Source: Candidatus Bathyarchaeia archaeon (GTDB lineage: Archaea > Thermoproteota > Bathyarchaeia > Bathyarchaeales > Bathycorpusculaceae). Taken from it: a stretch of 64,000 bases of DNA. Below are positions 62,080 through 64,000 of the stretch, in pieces; the first letter of the stretch is position 1; each line of letters begins with the position of its first letter. Made by a program: the position numbers and the translations under genes. A model generated the notes under the pieces. The model did no database searches and had not been told where the DNA came from. It saw nothing but the letters and a program-made list of their open reading frames with translations. The stretch spans positions 107,371 through 171,370 of the forward strand of contig JBEKSS010000004.1 of the NCBI GenBank assembly GCA_049516875.1, given 5' to 3'.

Positions 62080-62095
62080 GGTTCACCTATAACTC
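62080..62095 (-). repeat. cassette-junction repeat, half copy D
   Basis: Reverse complement GAGTTATAGGTGAACC is fused directly to the stop codon of 62096..62656. Confidence 0.6.
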
Positions 62096-62656
62096 TCAAT
62101 GTTTGAATAGGTATTCCATCAATATCTGATCGGTGTACGTTCCGTCTGAGAACTTGATGCCTCTTGTCAGTCTCCCAGCCTGTTTGAAACCACATTTCTC
62201 ATATACGTGAAAGGCTCTCTTGTTGCTTGCGTAGACTCCGAGCTGGAGGATTTCAACTCCATGCTGCTTGGCAATCTTGACAAACTCTTTCGTCAATATC
62301 GTTCCAAGTCCCAGATTACGAAAGTTCTTGCTGATGAATATGTTGTAATGGGCAACGTGCGCATATACGTGACCCTCTGGGTCAGGTACAACGTTGGCGC
62401 CTCCAACAACTTTGCCATCAACTCTTGCAATCAGAAAAAAGTCCTGTTTTAGTATTCCTGTTTTAGTATTCTGTTCAAACCACGCGAGTTGACCTTTCGA
62501 GGTATACGGCTCATAAGATCCGTATATTCCCTCTCTGATTACGTCGTTCGCTACCTCCAGAATCTCTGGAAGGTCTTTCTTCCTCGCCCAATCAAGTACA
62601 GCTTCACGACCGTCAACCAAGTTAACAATCTTGTAGACCATTGCAACGAACACCAC
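62096..62656 (-). CDS. GNAT acetyltransferase
   Basis: FRNLGLG and NKRAFHVYEKCGF motifs. Confidence 0.88.
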   Translation of the reverse strand: MVFVAMVYKIVNLVDGREAVLDWARKKDLPEILEVANDVIREGIYGSYEPYTSKGQLAWFEQNTKTGILKQDFFLIARVDGKVVGGANVVPDPEGHVYAHVAHYNIFISKNFRNLGLGTILTKEFVKIAKQHGVEILQLGVYASNKRAFHVYEKCGFKQAGRLTRGIKFSDGTYTDQILMEYLFKH

Positions 62657-62727
62657 TTTTGGATATCGAAATAGCGCAAATCAATTTTAAGGTTTTTGCA
62701 GAGGGGAGAAAGATAAAACTTTACCTT

Positions 62728-62761
62728 TTGGGTTCAGCTATAACTTTTCCGCAAAACCAGA
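62728..62761 (-). repeat. cassette-junction repeat, copy C
   Basis: Reverse complement TCTGGTTTTGCGGAAAAGTTATAGCTGAACCCAA. Confidence 0.9.
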
Positions 62762-62773
62762 AACTGACTATCT

Positions 62774-63301
62774 TCAAGCGGTTTTTGTCAGTATTTTTGG
62801 TTCTTTCCATTCCTCTCTGAGAATGCCATAGACACAACTGTCTACCCATTCTCCTCTGATGAAAGCACTCTTGCGAATTATCCCTTCTTTTGTGAACCCT
62901 GATTTCTCTAACACTCTTTGAGAAGCTTTGTTTCTAATGCTGGTATTGGCTTGAACTCGAACTATGTTTCTTGACATAAAGAGATAATCAACCATAATCT
63001 GAACAGCTTCTGTGCAGTAACCTTTGCCTCTTTCGTCTGGAAAGATCGAATATCCTATTTCAAGCATACTGTCCCTAGGATAGTGACCTATAGAGCCAAT
63101 TCTGCTTCCATCCTTTTTCTCAATCAAGAAGGATTTCTCATCTGGACCACGTTTGTCATATCTGTCTTCAAATTCCTTCTTCGAACGTTGAGGATCAAGA
63201 GGTTCAAATTCGTCAGTTTGTGGGTTATTGACCCATTCAATAAGTGACAGTAAATCCTCTTTCTCTATCACTCTCAAATTCACGGTCTTACCTTCAAGCA
63301 A
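62774..63301 (-). CDS. RimJ/RimL-type GNAT
   Basis: EIGYSI...ERGKGYCTEA, NKASQRVLEKSGF; ends REEWKEPKILTKTA. Confidence 0.9.
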   Translation of the reverse strand: MLEGKTVNLRVIEKEDLLSLIEWVNNPQTDEFEPLDPQRSKKEFEDRYDKRGPDEKSFLIEKKDGSRIGSIGHYPRDSMLEIGYSIFPDERGKGYCTEAVQIMVDYLFMSRNIVRVQANTSIRNKASQRVLEKSGFTKEGIIRKSAFIRGEWVDSCVYGILREEWKEPKILTKTA

Positions 63302-63325
63302 CTCAGCTCACCAAACCACGATTAG

Positions 63326-63359
63326 TTCGGTTCAGCTATAACTTTTCCGCAAAACCAAA
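63326..63359 (-). repeat. cassette-junction repeat, copy B
   Basis: Reverse complement TTTGGTTTTGCGGAAAAGTTATAGCTGAACCGAA. Confidence 0.9.
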
Positions 63360-63419
63360 AGGCAACTTGTGGGGTGAAGGTAAAGTCATATAAGAACCTG
63401 AGTGGAAATGTAGGTTTGG

Positions 63420-63824
63420 GTGATTCTTGTGGATGCCCTGAGCTATTTTACCTTTGTGAGGGATATCCGTTTCAGGCTACCTCTGTCTGATGAGCCTGCC
63501 CCCTACTGTGTCGATAAACATGTTGTTCTAAAAACTCTACTATCTTCCCTTGGTTTCAACGTTAGATATGCCCTTTGCCGATGGTCATGGAGCAGTCTTG
63601 ACTTGCCAGAATCTCTAAAGCAAATTCCGCACGAAGACCGTGCAGTTCACGTATATCTCGAAGTCTATAACAAGGAACAAGCGAGATGGATGACCGTAGA
63701 CGCCACATGGGACAAAGGATTAGCTTCTAAGCTACCAGTGTCTGAATGGGATGGAAGAAGCGACACAACACTTGCAGTCAAGCCGACGGAAAGCCTCCAA
63801 CCCATAGAAAGCCAAGAAGATTAG
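63420..63824 (+). CDS. transglutaminase-like protein
   Basis: YCVDKH, HVYLEV and VDATWD supply a Cys-His-Asp triad. Confidence 0.75.
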   Translation: MILVDALSYFTFVRDIRFRLPLSDEPAPYCVDKHVVLKTLLSSLGFNVRYALCRWSWSSLDLPESLKQIPHEDRAVHVYLEVYNKEQARWMTVDATWDKGLASKLPVSEWDGRSDTTLAVKPTESLQPIESQED

Positions 63825-63849
63825 GCAGTCGGCAGAAAGCGTAGTCTGT

Positions 63850-63883
63850 TTCGGTTCGGCTATAACTTTTCCGCAAGACCAAA
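63850..63883 (-). repeat. cassette-junction repeat, copy A
   Basis: Reverse complement TTTGGTCTTGCGGAAAAGTTATAGCCGAACCGAA. Confidence 0.9.
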
Positions 63884-63895
63884 AACTGTCTCTGT

Positions 63896-64000
63896 TCAGG
63901 CAATCTTTGTCAGTATCTTTGGCTCTTTCCATTCTTCTCTTAGGATGCTGTATAAAATTATGTCTGTCCATTCTCCTCGAATAAAGCTACGTTTCCGCAT
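63896..64000 (-). CDS. C-terminus of a third RimJ-type GNAT (starts beyond the window)
   Basis: MRKRSFIRGEWTDIILYSILREEWKEPKILTKIA*. Confidence 0.8.
   Translation of the reverse strand: MRKRSFIRGEWTDIILYSILREEWKEPKILTKIA

Noticed and set aside
61445-63883. 34-bp repeats as a CRISPR array
   Set aside because: Spacing is 500-650 bp with whole genes between copies, and no cas genes are present.
61445-63883. 34-bp repeats as canonical attC or dif sites
   Set aside because: Too short for attC and lacking a complementary RYYYAAC box. The right arm TTATAGCTGAA is dif-like, but the left arm lacks the mirrored ATAA across a 6-bp spacer.
1-64000. Genome-wide TAG recoding
   Set aside because: TAG terminates many conserved genes at the expected positions (e.g. 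10189, 11307, 28773, 39535).

Overview
Archaeal chromosomal window, most consistent with Bathyarchaeia (TACK). Evidence: Hel308, TFS, RpoL, Csl4, a tRNA with two bulge-helix-bulge (BHB) introns, and TTG/GTG/CTG starts with GGTGA RBSs. Layout: dapA and tRNA-Val; a ~19 kb surface-glycan cluster (GT4s, a TPP E1 alpha/beta pair, DegT, methyl/acyltransferases, flippase); an IscS-IscU-SufS operon; housekeeping genes (hel308, purB, asnB-like, ferredoxin, tfs, rpoL, csl4); a decayed TerS/TerL terminase pair; and a ~9 kb accessory end with HEPN-type genes and GNAT paralogues. Two signals are not explained by the gene calls. (1) A conserved 34-bp imperfect inverted repeat (TTTGGTTTTGCGGAAAAG|TTATAGCYGAACCGAA) separates single-gene units regardless of gene family or orientation, suggesting a cassette array that does not use attC. 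(2) Alternating (GC)n motifs, often TAGCGCGCG, sit at the edges of truncated gene fragments and inside an apparent in-frame insertion. All product calls come from motif recognition by eye; no database searches were run.
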